Assembly (NCBI GenBank): GCA_963820905.1
Contig: CAWGBU010000008.1
Coordinates: 361,729 to 425,728 of the forward strand
DNA: 64,000 bases
Direction: 5' to 3'
Source of the DNA: an uncultured Acidobacteriota bacterium
Lineage (GTDB): Bacteria > Acidobacteriota > Vicinamibacteria > Vicinamibacterales > 2-12-FULL-66-21
The notes beneath the pieces are model-generated. The model was given only the letters and a program-made list of their open reading frames with translations, made no database searches and was not told the DNA's origin. Of the stretch, positions 53,311-62,574 are shown piece after piece (the first letter of the stretch is position 1; every line of letters starts with the position of its first letter). The position numbers were made by a program, and so were the translations under genes.

Positions 53311-54547
53311 AGGCGGACGACGGCTCTCGGGGACCATCGCCGTCGAGGGCAACAAGAACTCCGCCCTTCCGCTGCTCGCCGCATGTCTCCTCACCGACGA
53401 AGAGTGCGTGTTGACGAACGTCCCGCGCATTCGCGACGTGGAGGTCCTGGTCGAGCTGCTCACGGGGCTGGGCGCCAAGGTCAGCGGCATGGGTACGTCG
53501 ACGTTGAAGGTGCGGTGCGAGCGCGTGACGAGTGACACGCCGGATCCTGCGCTCGTTGGCCGCCTGCGCGGATCGGTGCTGTTGCTCGGCCCGCTGCTCG
53601 CGAGAAAAGGATCGGCGCATCTCTCGCAGCCGGGCGGCGACTTTCCGGCGCGCCGGACGATTGCCACCCACCTGCAGGCGCTCGCCGCGATGGGGGCGGT
53701 GCCGCGTCCCGGGCAGGGCCACGTTCTCGAGACACCGAAGGGATTGAACGGCGCCTCGTTCTATCTCGACGAGGCGTCCGTGACCGGCACCGAGACAGCA
53801 CTTCTCGCGGCCGCCGCAGCGAAGGGGCAGAGCGAGATCCGCCACGCCGCGATGGAACCGCATGTCGTCGAGCTGTGCCGGTTTCTGCGCGCCATGGGCG
53901 CGCACATCGAGGGAGAGGGCACATCCACGATTCGCGTCCAGGGCCCGGCGCGCCTGCGCGGAGCGTCGCACAGGCTCGACGGTGACTACATCGAGGCAGG
54001 CAGCTGGGGTGTCGTCGCCGCGATCACCGGCGGGAGCGTGCAGGTGACAGGGGCTCGATGGACCGATGTCGAGGTCGTCGCGGCGCCGCTGAAGAAAATG
54101 GGCCTCGAGTGCTCGTGGAACGACGAGCGATTCGAGGTACAGCCTTCGAGCCTGACGGCCATCCGGCGGATCACGACCGGGTTGTGGCCCGGGTTCCCGA
54201 GCGACATGGTCAGCCTGGTGACGGTGCTGGCGACGCAGGCTGAAGGGGAGACGCTCGTGCACGACTGGATGTACGAGCTGCGGCTGTTCGCGCTCGAGCA
54301 GCTGAGCGCGATGCGTGCGGACCTGTTCCTCTGCGATCCCCACAGGATCATCGTGAGCGGTCCAACCAAGCTGCGCGGGCGTCATCTCGACAGCCGCGAC
54401 ATTCGATCCGGGATGGCGCTGATTGCCGCGGCGCTGGCGGCTGACGGGAAGAGTGAGGTGGGCCCGCTCGAGACTGTCGAGCGCGGGTACGCCGCGCTCG
54501 TGGAACGCCTGACGTCCCTCGGCGCGCAGGTCGAGCGAAGTGGCTAG
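53291..54547 (+). CDS. murA: UDP-GlcNAc 1-carboxyvinyltransferase (Asp-type active loop)
   Basis: GNKNSALP, PGGDFPARR, SVTGTE, EPHV, DYIEAG, PGFPSD, DIRSG, ERGY. Confidence 0.94.
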   Translation: MAILRIEGGRRLSGTIAVEGNKNSALPLLAACLLTDEECVLTNVPRIRDVEVLVELLTGLGAKVSGMGTSTLKVRCERVTSDTPDPALVGRLRGSVLLLGPLLARKGSAHLSQPGGDFPARRTIATHLQALAAMGAVPRPGQGHVLETPKGLNGASFYLDEASVTGTETALLAAAAAKGQSEIRHAAMEPHVVELCRFLRAMGAHIEGEGTSTIRVQGPARLRGASHRLDGDYIEAGSWGVVAAITGGSVQVTGARWTDVEVVAAPLKKMGLECSWNDERFEVQPSSLTAIRRITTGLWPGFPSDMVSLVTVLATQAEGETLVHDWMYELRLFALEQLSAMRADLFLCDPHRIIVSGPTKLRGRHLDSRDIRSGMALIAAALAADGKSEVGPLETVERGYAALVERLTSLGAQVERSG

Positions 54548-56427
54548 CTCCCCCCGCCTCCGCCCGGCTTCTTCGGCGGCGTCACGGGCACGACTGAACC
54601 CGGCGACGTGGTGATTCCGGGAATCGACGGCTGGAGAGGTTGCGGAAACGCAGGCACGGGTGCGGGCTGCGCGTCCGGCGCGATCGGACCGGGATCACGT
54701 GGGACCTGCGGCACGGCAGGAATCTCGATCCGCGGTTGAGCCCCCCCGGTCCGGCCGAGGCGGAATGGCCTGAGATCCGCTTCCGACACCTGCAGCGTCC
54801 GCACGATGTGCGGCGTCAGCGTCAGGATGATGTCGGTCTGCGTCGATTCCTTGCGATTGCGCGCGAACAGCCGCCCGACGAGCGGGATGTCGCTCAGGCC
54901 GGGAACGCCCGCGAGGACGGTGCGCTCCTCGTCGCGTATGAGCCCGGCCAGCATGTTCGTCTGACCGTCCTTCAACCGGATCGTCGACGTAATCTGACGC
55001 GAAGCGAACGTCGGGAGGCCTGACGTCACCCCGACTCCCGTCCCCGAGATGCTGCTCAACTCGATCCTGAGCGTCAGCGACACCTCGTCGTCGTGATGCG
55101 TGCGGGGCGTGATGTCGATGTTGACGCCAATCGGACGGTACGTGAACGACGTGATCGGCTGCTGGTTGATGCCGCCGGCTGCGATCGGCGCGAACGTCGT
55201 CACCGGCACCGGCACTTCTTCACCGAACTTCGCCTGCGCGGCCATGCCTTCCGACGTGCGCAGCTGCGGGTTGGCGAGGATGCGCGTGTTGCTGTCGTTC
55301 TTGAGCAGCCGATAGTAGATCCCCGGCACACCCGCCACGAAGACGTCAGCCCGTGAGAGGTTCGACAGATCCTGCAGCGTGAGACCCTCGCGATTCACGT
55401 CGAGGCTCCCGGCGATGCCGTCGGATCCCGGCGACGCGATCTGAATGCCGAATTCGCGCAGCCGCGAGCGGTCCACTTCGAGGAGCTCGACGTCGATGAC
55501 GACTTCCGGCCGGGCCTTGTCGATCGCCGCGATGAGCCTGGTCGCCGCCGCCAGGTGTTCGGGCGTGTCCTGCAGCGCGAGCGCGTTCAGCCCGGTGACA
55601 GCCGAGATCTGCCGGACGTCGACGACGATACGCAGGAGATCGATGACTTCCTTCAGATCTGCGTTGCTGAGATACAGCGTCTGCACGACGGAGTCTTCGT
55701 ACTCCCGGCGCTTCGCCGGTGTATCAGGGATGACCGTCACCGTCCGCTGCGACGCGACACGGTAGAACGTGCGGGTCACGGACGTCACCGCCGTGAGCGC
55801 GTCCTCGAGCGTCATGTTCCGCAGGTCGGCGTCGATCGTCTCCTCGCGGAACGCAGGGTCGAACAGGATGTTCAGGCCGCCGAACTGTGCGATGGCGCGG
55901 AACACGGCGCGGCTCGACGCGGATCGAAACGTCAAGGAGTCCGGCAGCTTGGACGCCGGGAGCTCGAGCCCTGGCGGAGCCGTGGTGCGGGCCTTCTCGA
56001 TGAGCAGCTGCAGGTCGGTCTTTCCGCCGCGCGATATCGCGTCCTTCGCGCGGAGTTTCTGGCGCACGTCGCGAATCGCCGAATCGATCAGCGCGTCGGT
56101 CGGGTTCAGCTCCACGGCCAGCTGGTATTCGACGAGCGCATCCTCGAATCGATCGGACGCCGCGAAGCGCCGCGCGCGCACGGCGTGTTCCTGCGCGGCG
56201 CGGAGCTTGGCGCGATTGAGCGCCAGCCGGGCGTTGAGATCGTCAGGATTCGCCCGCAGCGCGTTGTTGTATTCGACGACGGCGCGATCGTAGTCGCTGG
56301 CCTGTTCGGCCCGTTCGCCCGCGCGAAAGGCGCTGCTCGTCGCGCAGGCCGCCGCGAGGCCGGCCGCGAGGCAGACGGCCACCGCCAGTGTCGAGTGACC
56401 GCGCTCAGCGCTTGACCGGTCCGGCAT
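54544..56427 (-). CDS. Secretin (GspD-like) with N-terminal lipobox and TPR
   Basis: LAAAC lipobox, TPRs, PEVVIDVELLEV, LANPQL, VPGLSDIPLVGRLF, LTPHIV. Confidence 0.9.
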   Translation of the reverse strand: MPDRSSAERGHSTLAVAVCLAAGLAAACATSSAFRAGERAEQASDYDRAVVEYNNALRANPDDLNARLALNRAKLRAAQEHAVRARRFAASDRFEDALVEYQLAVELNPTDALIDSAIRDVRQKLRAKDAISRGGKTDLQLLIEKARTTAPPGLELPASKLPDSLTFRSASSRAVFRAIAQFGGLNILFDPAFREETIDADLRNMTLEDALTAVTSVTRTFYRVASQRTVTVIPDTPAKRREYEDSVVQTLYLSNADLKEVIDLLRIVVDVRQISAVTGLNALALQDTPEHLAAATRLIAAIDKARPEVVIDVELLEVDRSRLREFGIQIASPGSDGIAGSLDVNREGLTLQDLSNLSRADVFVAGVPGIYYRLLKNDSNTRILANPQLRTSEGMAAQAKFGEEVPVPVTTFAPIAAGGINQQPITSFTYRPIGVNIDITPRTHHDDEVSLTLRIELSSISGTGVGVTSGLPTFASRQITSTIRLKDGQTNMLAGLIRDEERTVLAGVPGLSDIPLVGRLFARNRKESTQTDIILTLTPHIVRTLQVSEADLRPFRLGRTGGAQPRIEIPAVPQVPRDPGPIAPDAQPAPVPAFPQPLQPSIPGITTSPGSVVPVTPPKKPGGGGGS

Positions 56428-57067
56428 GGGTGACCTCCGCTCCACGTGGAATAGAGAACTCGAAGGCTTTATCGGCCAGTCCCGGGTTTTCCTTGAAGTT
56501 CGAGAGCGTGAACGTCGACCGCGATCCCTGCTTCTCGGCGACGGCAAAGCCCTGGATGCGCAGCGTCTTGCGGTCGGCGGTGAGCTCGAGCCAGTCGTAC
56601 TCCTGCTGTGGCTGCTTGGGTTCGAGGCGGAGAGCCCAGGTCGCGTCGGTGCCACCTTGCGCAAAGCTGACGTTGAAGTCCCGCGTGATGTTGCCGCGGC
56701 CGGCGAGGAAGAACACCGCGACCTCGTCCTCGGCGGGCGCCGGGCCTTCGATGACGCGGTTCTCCTGCGGCAGGTACTGATACATCCGCGTGCCGTTCGA
56801 CACGAACACCTTCTCGTCGGCGCCCTTGTATTGCCACCGCATCTTGCCGGGCTTCTTCACGAGCAGCGTCCCTCTCTCCTCACGTTTCCGTTTCAAGACG
56901 GAGGACTCGTGCTGGTGAACGAAGTCGGCCGAGAAGTCGCGAATCGCGTCGTACTTTTTCTGGAGCTGGTTTGCGACGTCCACGGCGGACGAGGGCGCGG
57001 CCGGCTGTATGGCAACTGCCCACACGACCAGCAATGCGGCGCCGGGAAACGGACTCAGCAATGACAT
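56405..57067 (-). CDS. lolA: Outer-membrane lipoprotein carrier
   Basis: FSADFVHQ, KKPGKMRWQY, VSNG, FEFSIPRG; start uncertain. Confidence 0.88.
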   Translation of the reverse strand: MSLLSPFPGAALLVVWAVAIQPAAPSSAVDVANQLQKKYDAIRDFSADFVHQHESSVLKRKREERGTLLVKKPGKMRWQYKGADEKVFVSNGTRMYQYLPQENRVIEGPAPAEDEVAVFFLAGRGNITRDFNVSFAQGGTDATWALRLEPKQPQQEYDWLELTADRKTLRIQGFAVAEKQGSRSTFTLSNFKENPGLADKAFEFSIPRGAEVTHAGPVKR

Positions 57068-57164
57068 GGTCGATAGCGATTCGATACGGCAGGGCCCGAA
57101 CCCCATGTTACCACCCGGACCACGGCGCAGGTGGCGCAGACGCCAGCCCACCGGCGCTGCCGCT

Positions 57165-58436
57165 TCAGCGGCCGCGCTTCGCCGCAATGAACGCGAGAAC
57201 GTCCTGGAGGGGTCTGGTATTGAGCACGTGCCTGGGCTCGATCCATCCGCGGCGGGCGGTTGTCACGCCGAATCGCATCTGCCTGCCCAGGGCCCCGACG
57301 CGGTGGCAATCGCTGTCGACCGTCAGCGTCGCGCCCGCGGCCACCGCCGCCCTGGCGCGCCCGCCGTCGAGGTCGATGTGGCTGGGCGCGCCGTCGATCT
57401 CGAGGGCAGTGCCAGTCCGCGCCGCGGCTTCGTAGATCGCGTCGAAGTCGAGCATGTACCCGGCCGTTCGGCCGACGAGGCGGTTGGCGGGATGGCAGAT
57501 GATGTTCACGAGGGGATGCGCGATGGCGCCGAGCGTCCGGCGCGTGAGCTGATCGGGGCTCTGTCTCGCTTGATTGTGCAGCGACGCGAGCACGATGTCG
57601 AACCGCTCGAGGACCTCGTCGTCGAAGTCGAGGCGGCCGTCTGGCCGGATGTCGACCTCGATGCCGTGGAGGATCGTCATCCGTGGAAACCGCGCGCGCA
57701 TCCCGTCGATCTCTTCCCGCTGCCGCGCGATCGCGTTGACCGCCAGCGTGCGCGATGCGCTCGCACCCCACGAGTGATCGGTGATCGCCATGTACTCGTA
57801 GCCGAGCGCGGCGCACCCTTCGACCATTGCAAATACGGGGTCACGACCGTCGCTGTAGAGCGTGTGCATGTGCAGGTCGCCGCGGATGGCCGCGGCATCC
57901 AGCAACAGAGGCAGCCTGCCGGCGGCGGCCTCATCGATTTCGTCACCGCCGTCGCGAAGCTCCGCGGGAATGAACGGCAGGCCGAGGCTCTGGTAGATCT
58001 CCGCTTCGGTTGCGAACGGCGCAGGAGAGAGTCCGCGACGGGCGAGCTCGTGCACGTGCGCGGGCGTTCCAGTCGTCGAGAGGAGTGTGCTGCCGAACGC
58101 GTCAGGCGTGGCGACGTGAATCTCCACCGCGGCCAGCTGATAGATGGCGGCCAGGTGGCGCGGCGAACGCGCGATGATCTTCTGGAAGTCGAGGTCTGCT
58201 TCGATGGCGTCCAGCGCCGCGGCGGGATCGTCCGCGCGGCCGACGAGCACGAGCGCGCCAAGAAGAGGCTCGCCGCGCCGGAAGTCACCTGACTGTTCGA
58301 GATGATGGAGATCGGGACACGCGAAGGCGATCGACGTCAGCAGCCGGTCCGACAAATCCGAGGCACGACCTAACGTGAGTGCGGCGGCGGCGGTCACTCC
58401 TACGCCAACACGAGTGCTCGCCACGGGAGAGGGCAC
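57165..58436 (-). CDS. PHP-domain protein fused to a degenerate PolX nucleotidyltransferase domain
   Basis: GDFRRGEPLLGAL replaces GSxRR...GDxD; EIYQSLGLPFIPAELR; intact PHP motifs DLHMHT, TDHS, EVDI, HP, DSDCH. Confidence 0.88.
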   Translation of the reverse strand: MPSPVASTRVGVGVTAAAALTLGRASDLSDRLLTSIAFACPDLHHLEQSGDFRRGEPLLGALVLVGRADDPAAALDAIEADLDFQKIIARSPRHLAAIYQLAAVEIHVATPDAFGSTLLSTTGTPAHVHELARRGLSPAPFATEAEIYQSLGLPFIPAELRDGGDEIDEAAAGRLPLLLDAAAIRGDLHMHTLYSDGRDPVFAMVEGCAALGYEYMAITDHSWGASASRTLAVNAIARQREEIDGMRARFPRMTILHGIEVDIRPDGRLDFDDEVLERFDIVLASLHNQARQSPDQLTRRTLGAIAHPLVNIICHPANRLVGRTAGYMLDFDAIYEAAARTGTALEIDGAPSHIDLDGGRARAAVAAGATLTVDSDCHRVGALGRQMRFGVTTARRGWIEPRHVLNTRPLQDVLAFIAAKRGR

Positions 58437-58451
58437 GCTGTCGGCAGGCGC

Positions 58452-58604
58452 CTACGCCCGATTCGCGTGGGAGTGCGATTGCCCGCTGACGACCCAGCCC
58501 TGTGACCGTCGGCCGCAGATGAGGCAGCGCAGAAAAATCGAGCCGCCCTTGCAGGAGACGCTGTAGTCATGACCGGTTACGTAGCAGCTTATCCAGTTCC
58601 ACAT
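58452..58604 (-). CDS. 50-aa Cys/His (putative zinc-binding) microprotein
   Basis: MWNWISCYVTGHDY...LRCLICGRRSQGW; AAGGTG SD. Confidence 0.75.
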   Translation of the reverse strand: MWNWISCYVTGHDYSVSCKGGSIFLRCLICGRRSQGWVVSGQSHSHANRA

Positions 58605-58646
58605 GGTACACCTTGCTGAAGAAAATGCGTGTTGCGATGACCGAAG

Positions 58647-58661
58647 GCAAGCAAGGTGCCA
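58647..58661 (-). promoter_or_regulatory. sigma54 (-24/-12) promoter
   Basis: TGGCAC-CTTGC-TTGC matches TGGCAC-N5-TTGC, 42 nt upstream of the microprotein ATG. Confidence 0.75.
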
Positions 58662-58825
58662 CATCGGAACAGCTGTCGGCGTTCGCGCTTTCTGCAATGA
58701 ATAAGCCGTAAAGGGGCAAGTCTCTGACGCGACAGGCTTTCGGCCGCGATCGGGGGATGGCCCGAAATCGTTCTCGCATTACGAATGTGAAATCGGGAAC
58801 GTAGGATTCGCGGCGCCTGGCGGCG

Positions 58826-61786
58826 TCACTGCTTCGTGAAGTCGACCGAGACCTGAGCGGCTGCGTTGGCGCGGATGGTCGCGCTGACCTTCCGCTCGCC
58901 GTGCTGCGGATGCTTGAAGACGAACTCCCGCGTGCCGAGCGGAACCGGCGTGCCTGCGAGCGGCGTTTCGCCCAGCTTCGTCCCGTCGAGCCACACCTCG
59001 GCCCAGGGATTTGCGTTGATGTTGGCCGTGCCGCGCGCCTGGACGGTGACGCTGCGGACGCCCCCGGGCTCGATGTCGACGGATCGAACCTCGCTGAATC
59101 CGAAGTCCTTGTTGCTCAACGTCAGCTCGTGCCGGCCCGGCGGCAGCATCAGGCGGTTCTGCTCGGTGGTCCCGAGGCTCCGGCCGTTTTCGGAGATGTC
59201 GAGCAGAATCGGCGCGAACACCGCGACCCACCCCGAGAAGACCGGGAGATCCAGCGGTACCGACTTGCCTGCCACGACTCGCACGCTGTGGAGCACTTCG
59301 CCGCCGGACGTGAGGAACGTCAGCACGTGGCGGCCAGGCGTGGTGTCGATCTGCACCGGCGTTTCACCGATCGGCTTTCGATCGAGGAGTACCTTGATGC
59401 CCGCCGGCTGCGTCTGAATCGTGACGCGTCCCTTGCCTGCCGGAATCGCACCGGCATTTTGCGGCTCGGGGATCGAGACGGGCGGTGGCGTCGACGTCGC
59501 CGACGTGTCGGCCGGCGCGCCTGGTTCGCCCGCGACCGCGGTCCGGCCCGGCAGATACGATCGTCCGGCCACAATCGCGACGAGCGCGACGCCCACGGCA
59601 ACGGCAGCCAGCTTCCACGGAAAGGCGCGGGGCGGTTCCGGTTCGGCATCCCCCCGGCCGAGGGAGAGCGTGCTGAACCGATCCGGCGGTGGAGGAGCAG
59701 CCTGTGATTCAGGGTACGTGCGTCGCGACGCGTTGAACCCGGGCGGCGGCTCGGCCCTGATCTTCAGCGACGCCGGCGGCGGCGGAACCGGCGGCGGAAC
59801 TGGCGGGGGCGGAGGCTTCACGACCGTGGGCGTTCCGTAGCCTCCCGTCGATGCCGACGGGTTCGCGTATGTCGGCTGCGGCAGCGGCCCAACTGGGGAC
59901 GGCGTAAAGGAGACCGGCGGCATCTGTGCAGGCCGCGTCGTCTGCGGCACGGGCACGTGCGTCTGTTCGGGAATGAGCGACTCGGACGCAGCGGCGCGAT
60001 GCGGTGACACGAGCCAACCGCTCGGACTCGCGGGTTTCGGCGGTGCTGGCGGCGCCGGTGGCGGAACCGGAGGCTTTTGATTGGCCGTCGTCGATCGCAG
60101 CTTGTCTTTCCTCGCCCGGGCCGACTTCATCTGCTGGCGCTTCCGGCGCCGCGACGATCCGCTCTCGTGTTCGGGTTCGAGCTCGTTCTCGACCGGTTCG
60201 ACAACTGGCGGGGAGGGTTCCGCTGGCGCGGCTGCGACGGGCGCTTCCTCGATCGGAGCAGCCGGCGCAGGCTCTGCTTCGGGCGCTGCAGCGACATCCG
60301 GCACGTCCGCGGGTGCGTGCTCTTCCGCAGCCGTGGTGGCCTCGAGATCGAGATCGTGCGCGGCCTCCGCAGCTCTTTCGGCCTCGCTCTGCGCATCGTC
60401 ATCGATCGAGCCAGCGTCGCTCTCGCTTGGAACGGGAGGCGGCGGTTCGTAGACGACGGGTTTCGCCCGCTGCGGCGGCGCTTCAGCGCGCGCCGGACGC
60501 ACGTCGAAAGACGCAAGCTCCGACGACAGCGCGGACGGATCGTTGAGATCGTCGAGACCCGCCAGATCGTAGATCTCGTCGCCTTGCGGCTGCGGCGCCG
60601 GCGCGGTGTCCATGTGCTCGAACGACAGCTCGGTTTCCTCTGCGTCCGAGTCCGACGAATCGTCCTCGAGCGTTTCTTCTGCGAGCGGGTCTTCTTCGAG
60701 CGCTTCGGATTCTTCTACCAGCCCGACGGCCTGATGATCTGTTTCGTGGTCGGCTTCTTCGGCCGCCTCGACTTCCTCCGCGACCTCGAACGTATCCAGG
60801 AATTGATCGAGTTCCGGAACGCGCGGCTGGAGCGATGCCGCGTCCGCGCGCGGCGCCGCCGCGCTTCTGTCTACGGCAGGCGCGGCGTTCGCGAACGCCG
60901 CATCCATCTGCGCGACGAAATCGGTCACGGCCTGGCGGCAGACATCCAGTCCGATTTCCTTGCGCACGAGCTGCCGCACGTCTTCGAGCATCTCGTTCGC
61001 CGTTGCGTACGGCCTGCGTCCTGGCAAGGGCAGCGACCGCTGGAGAATTCGCTGCAAGCCACCCGCGAACGCCGTCGTTCCGCGGATGTGAGCGACCTCG
61101 ATGACTTCCATGAGAAGCGTTGGTATCGCGTCAGGGTACTCGCCGGGCTGCAGGTTGCGTCCGAGCACCAGCGTCAGCGCGCAGAGGGCCACCTGCGTGA
61201 CGTCGCCGGCAGGATCGAAACGCAGGCGCTCGTTGCCGGATGGCGCGGATATGCCGAACTGCGTCCAGAGGCGCTGTGGTGTGGGGTTGAGCGCTTCGAC
61301 CGCCGGGCCCATCGCGAGGTCGAGGAACACGACCTGGCCTTCCGCCGTCACGATCGTGCGCGAGGCGTCGATCAGTCCGTGCACGGCGCGGTTCGACGTG
61401 TGCAGCGCGTTGAGCGCGGGAAGACTCTCGAGCAGATAGCCGAGAGCGGCGTCCACGCCTGGCACCGCGGCCGAATCGGCCGAGACGTCGAGCAGCTCCG
61501 ACAACCGGCTGCCGGTCACGAACTCGGCCACGACGATGAGATCGCCGGTGGAGGCGTCTCGCTCGACGGCTGACGGCCGTGCGAACCGTTCCTCCTCGAT
61601 CGACGACAGGCGCTCGACGCGCTGCCGCAGCAAGGGCTCGAACACAGCCAGCTCCGGCCGAACCCGCAGGCGTTCGCGCATCGCGCCGGTCTCCCGATCG
61701 AACGAGAGAGACCGCTGCCCGAGGCCATCTACGTGGCCCGAGGAGGAGACGGACGAGAAGAACAGGTCTGATACTGGTGCCGACAT
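58826..61786 (-). CDS. Pseudokinase - acidic/Pro linker - TM - PEGA domain protein
   Basis: Degenerate Hanks motifs (VAEFVTG, HGLIDASR, DLA, DVTQVA); TM WKLAAVAVGVALVAIVAG; PEGA repeats (IGETP, PWAEVWLDGTKLGETP). Confidence 0.85.
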   Translation of the reverse strand: MSAPVSDLFFSSVSSSGHVDGLGQRSLSFDRETGAMRERLRVRPELAVFEPLLRQRVERLSSIEEERFARPSAVERDASTGDLIVVAEFVTGSRLSELLDVSADSAAVPGVDAALGYLLESLPALNALHTSNRAVHGLIDASRTIVTAEGQVVFLDLAMGPAVEALNPTPQRLWTQFGISAPSGNERLRFDPAGDVTQVALCALTLVLGRNLQPGEYPDAIPTLLMEVIEVAHIRGTTAFAGGLQRILQRSLPLPGRRPYATANEMLEDVRQLVRKEIGLDVCRQAVTDFVAQMDAAFANAAPAVDRSAAAPRADAASLQPRVPELDQFLDTFEVAEEVEAAEEADHETDHQAVGLVEESEALEEDPLAEETLEDDSSDSDAEETELSFEHMDTAPAPQPQGDEIYDLAGLDDLNDPSALSSELASFDVRPARAEAPPQRAKPVVYEPPPPVPSESDAGSIDDDAQSEAERAAEAAHDLDLEATTAAEEHAPADVPDVAAAPEAEPAPAAPIEEAPVAAAPAEPSPPVVEPVENELEPEHESGSSRRRKRQQMKSARARKDKLRSTTANQKPPVPPPAPPAPPKPASPSGWLVSPHRAAASESLIPEQTHVPVPQTTRPAQMPPVSFTPSPVGPLPQPTYANPSASTGGYGTPTVVKPPPPPVPPPVPPPPASLKIRAEPPPGFNASRRTYPESQAAPPPPDRFSTLSLGRGDAEPEPPRAFPWKLAAVAVGVALVAIVAGRSYLPGRTAVAGEPGAPADTSATSTPPPVSIPEPQNAGAIPAGKGRVTIQTQPAGIKVLLDRKPIGETPVQIDTTPGRHVLTFLTSGGEVLHSVRVVAGKSVPLDLPVFSGWVAVFAPILLDISENGRSLGTTEQNRLMLPPGRHELTLSNKDFGFSEVRSVDIEPGGVRSVTVQARGTANINANPWAEVWLDGTKLGETPLAGTPVPLGTREFVFKHPQHGERKVSATIRANAAAQVSVDFTKQ

Positions 61787-62178
61787 TGCAGGGACCCGAC
61801 AACTCTGCAACCCGCACACCACCTACCCGTTGAATTCCTGTGCGCCCGCAATGTGCTGTCTGGCAGCCGCTTCCGCCTGTTTTCGGCGCAGGTTTGATTT
61901 GGGTCGGGTTCGAGACGTGCCCAGAAGCAACGCACCGATCCGAATCCTGTAATCCGAATACATTCACGTCGTTCGCGGGCGAGCGAGGCGGCGATCGCGA
62001 CCGGAGCGGATCAAACCCGCTGACGTTTTGTGCAGGCTGCCACGAATGTTGGGGGGTGAGGCGAGTCGCGCCGGCAAAAGCGGCGGCTCAGGCCCGGCGC
62101 CGGGAGGCAGAAGAACGTACTAGATAGCTGGATGCGATCGATCGGGGGAATTTGTAGTTCGCAACCCAAGCCACATAT

Positions 62179-62268
62179 TCAGCGGAGGTTGACGTAGGCG
62201 TTCCACGTCATCGCCGCGACCAACACGACCACAACAATCCAGAACTCGCGGTTTTTCAGAATCCTCAT
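62179..62268 (-). CDS. 29-aa single-TM small protein
   Basis: Not in ORF track; MRILKNREFWIVVVVLVAAMTWNAYVNLR with GAGG SD. Confidence 0.5.
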   Translation of the reverse strand: MRILKNREFWIVVVVLVAAMTWNAYVNLR

Positions 62269-62371
62269 TGGGCCCTCGCTTCACTATCGCACGGTCAACG
62301 ATGGCAGCGCGACGCGGACGACGATCAGACGGGGGAGTATCCGCAGAAATCGCGGAATTGCTCGACGATTT

Positions 62372-62447
<76 letters not shown>

Positions 62448-62574
62448 ACTCTTTTGATGGTTGGAGGGCACGGCGCCGACGCGCTATGCCTACGCAAACC
62501 ATGAGTTTACCACGAACGACGGGACCGCCGGCACGCTCAGGGACTGATCGAACGGATGGATATACTTCGACGGC

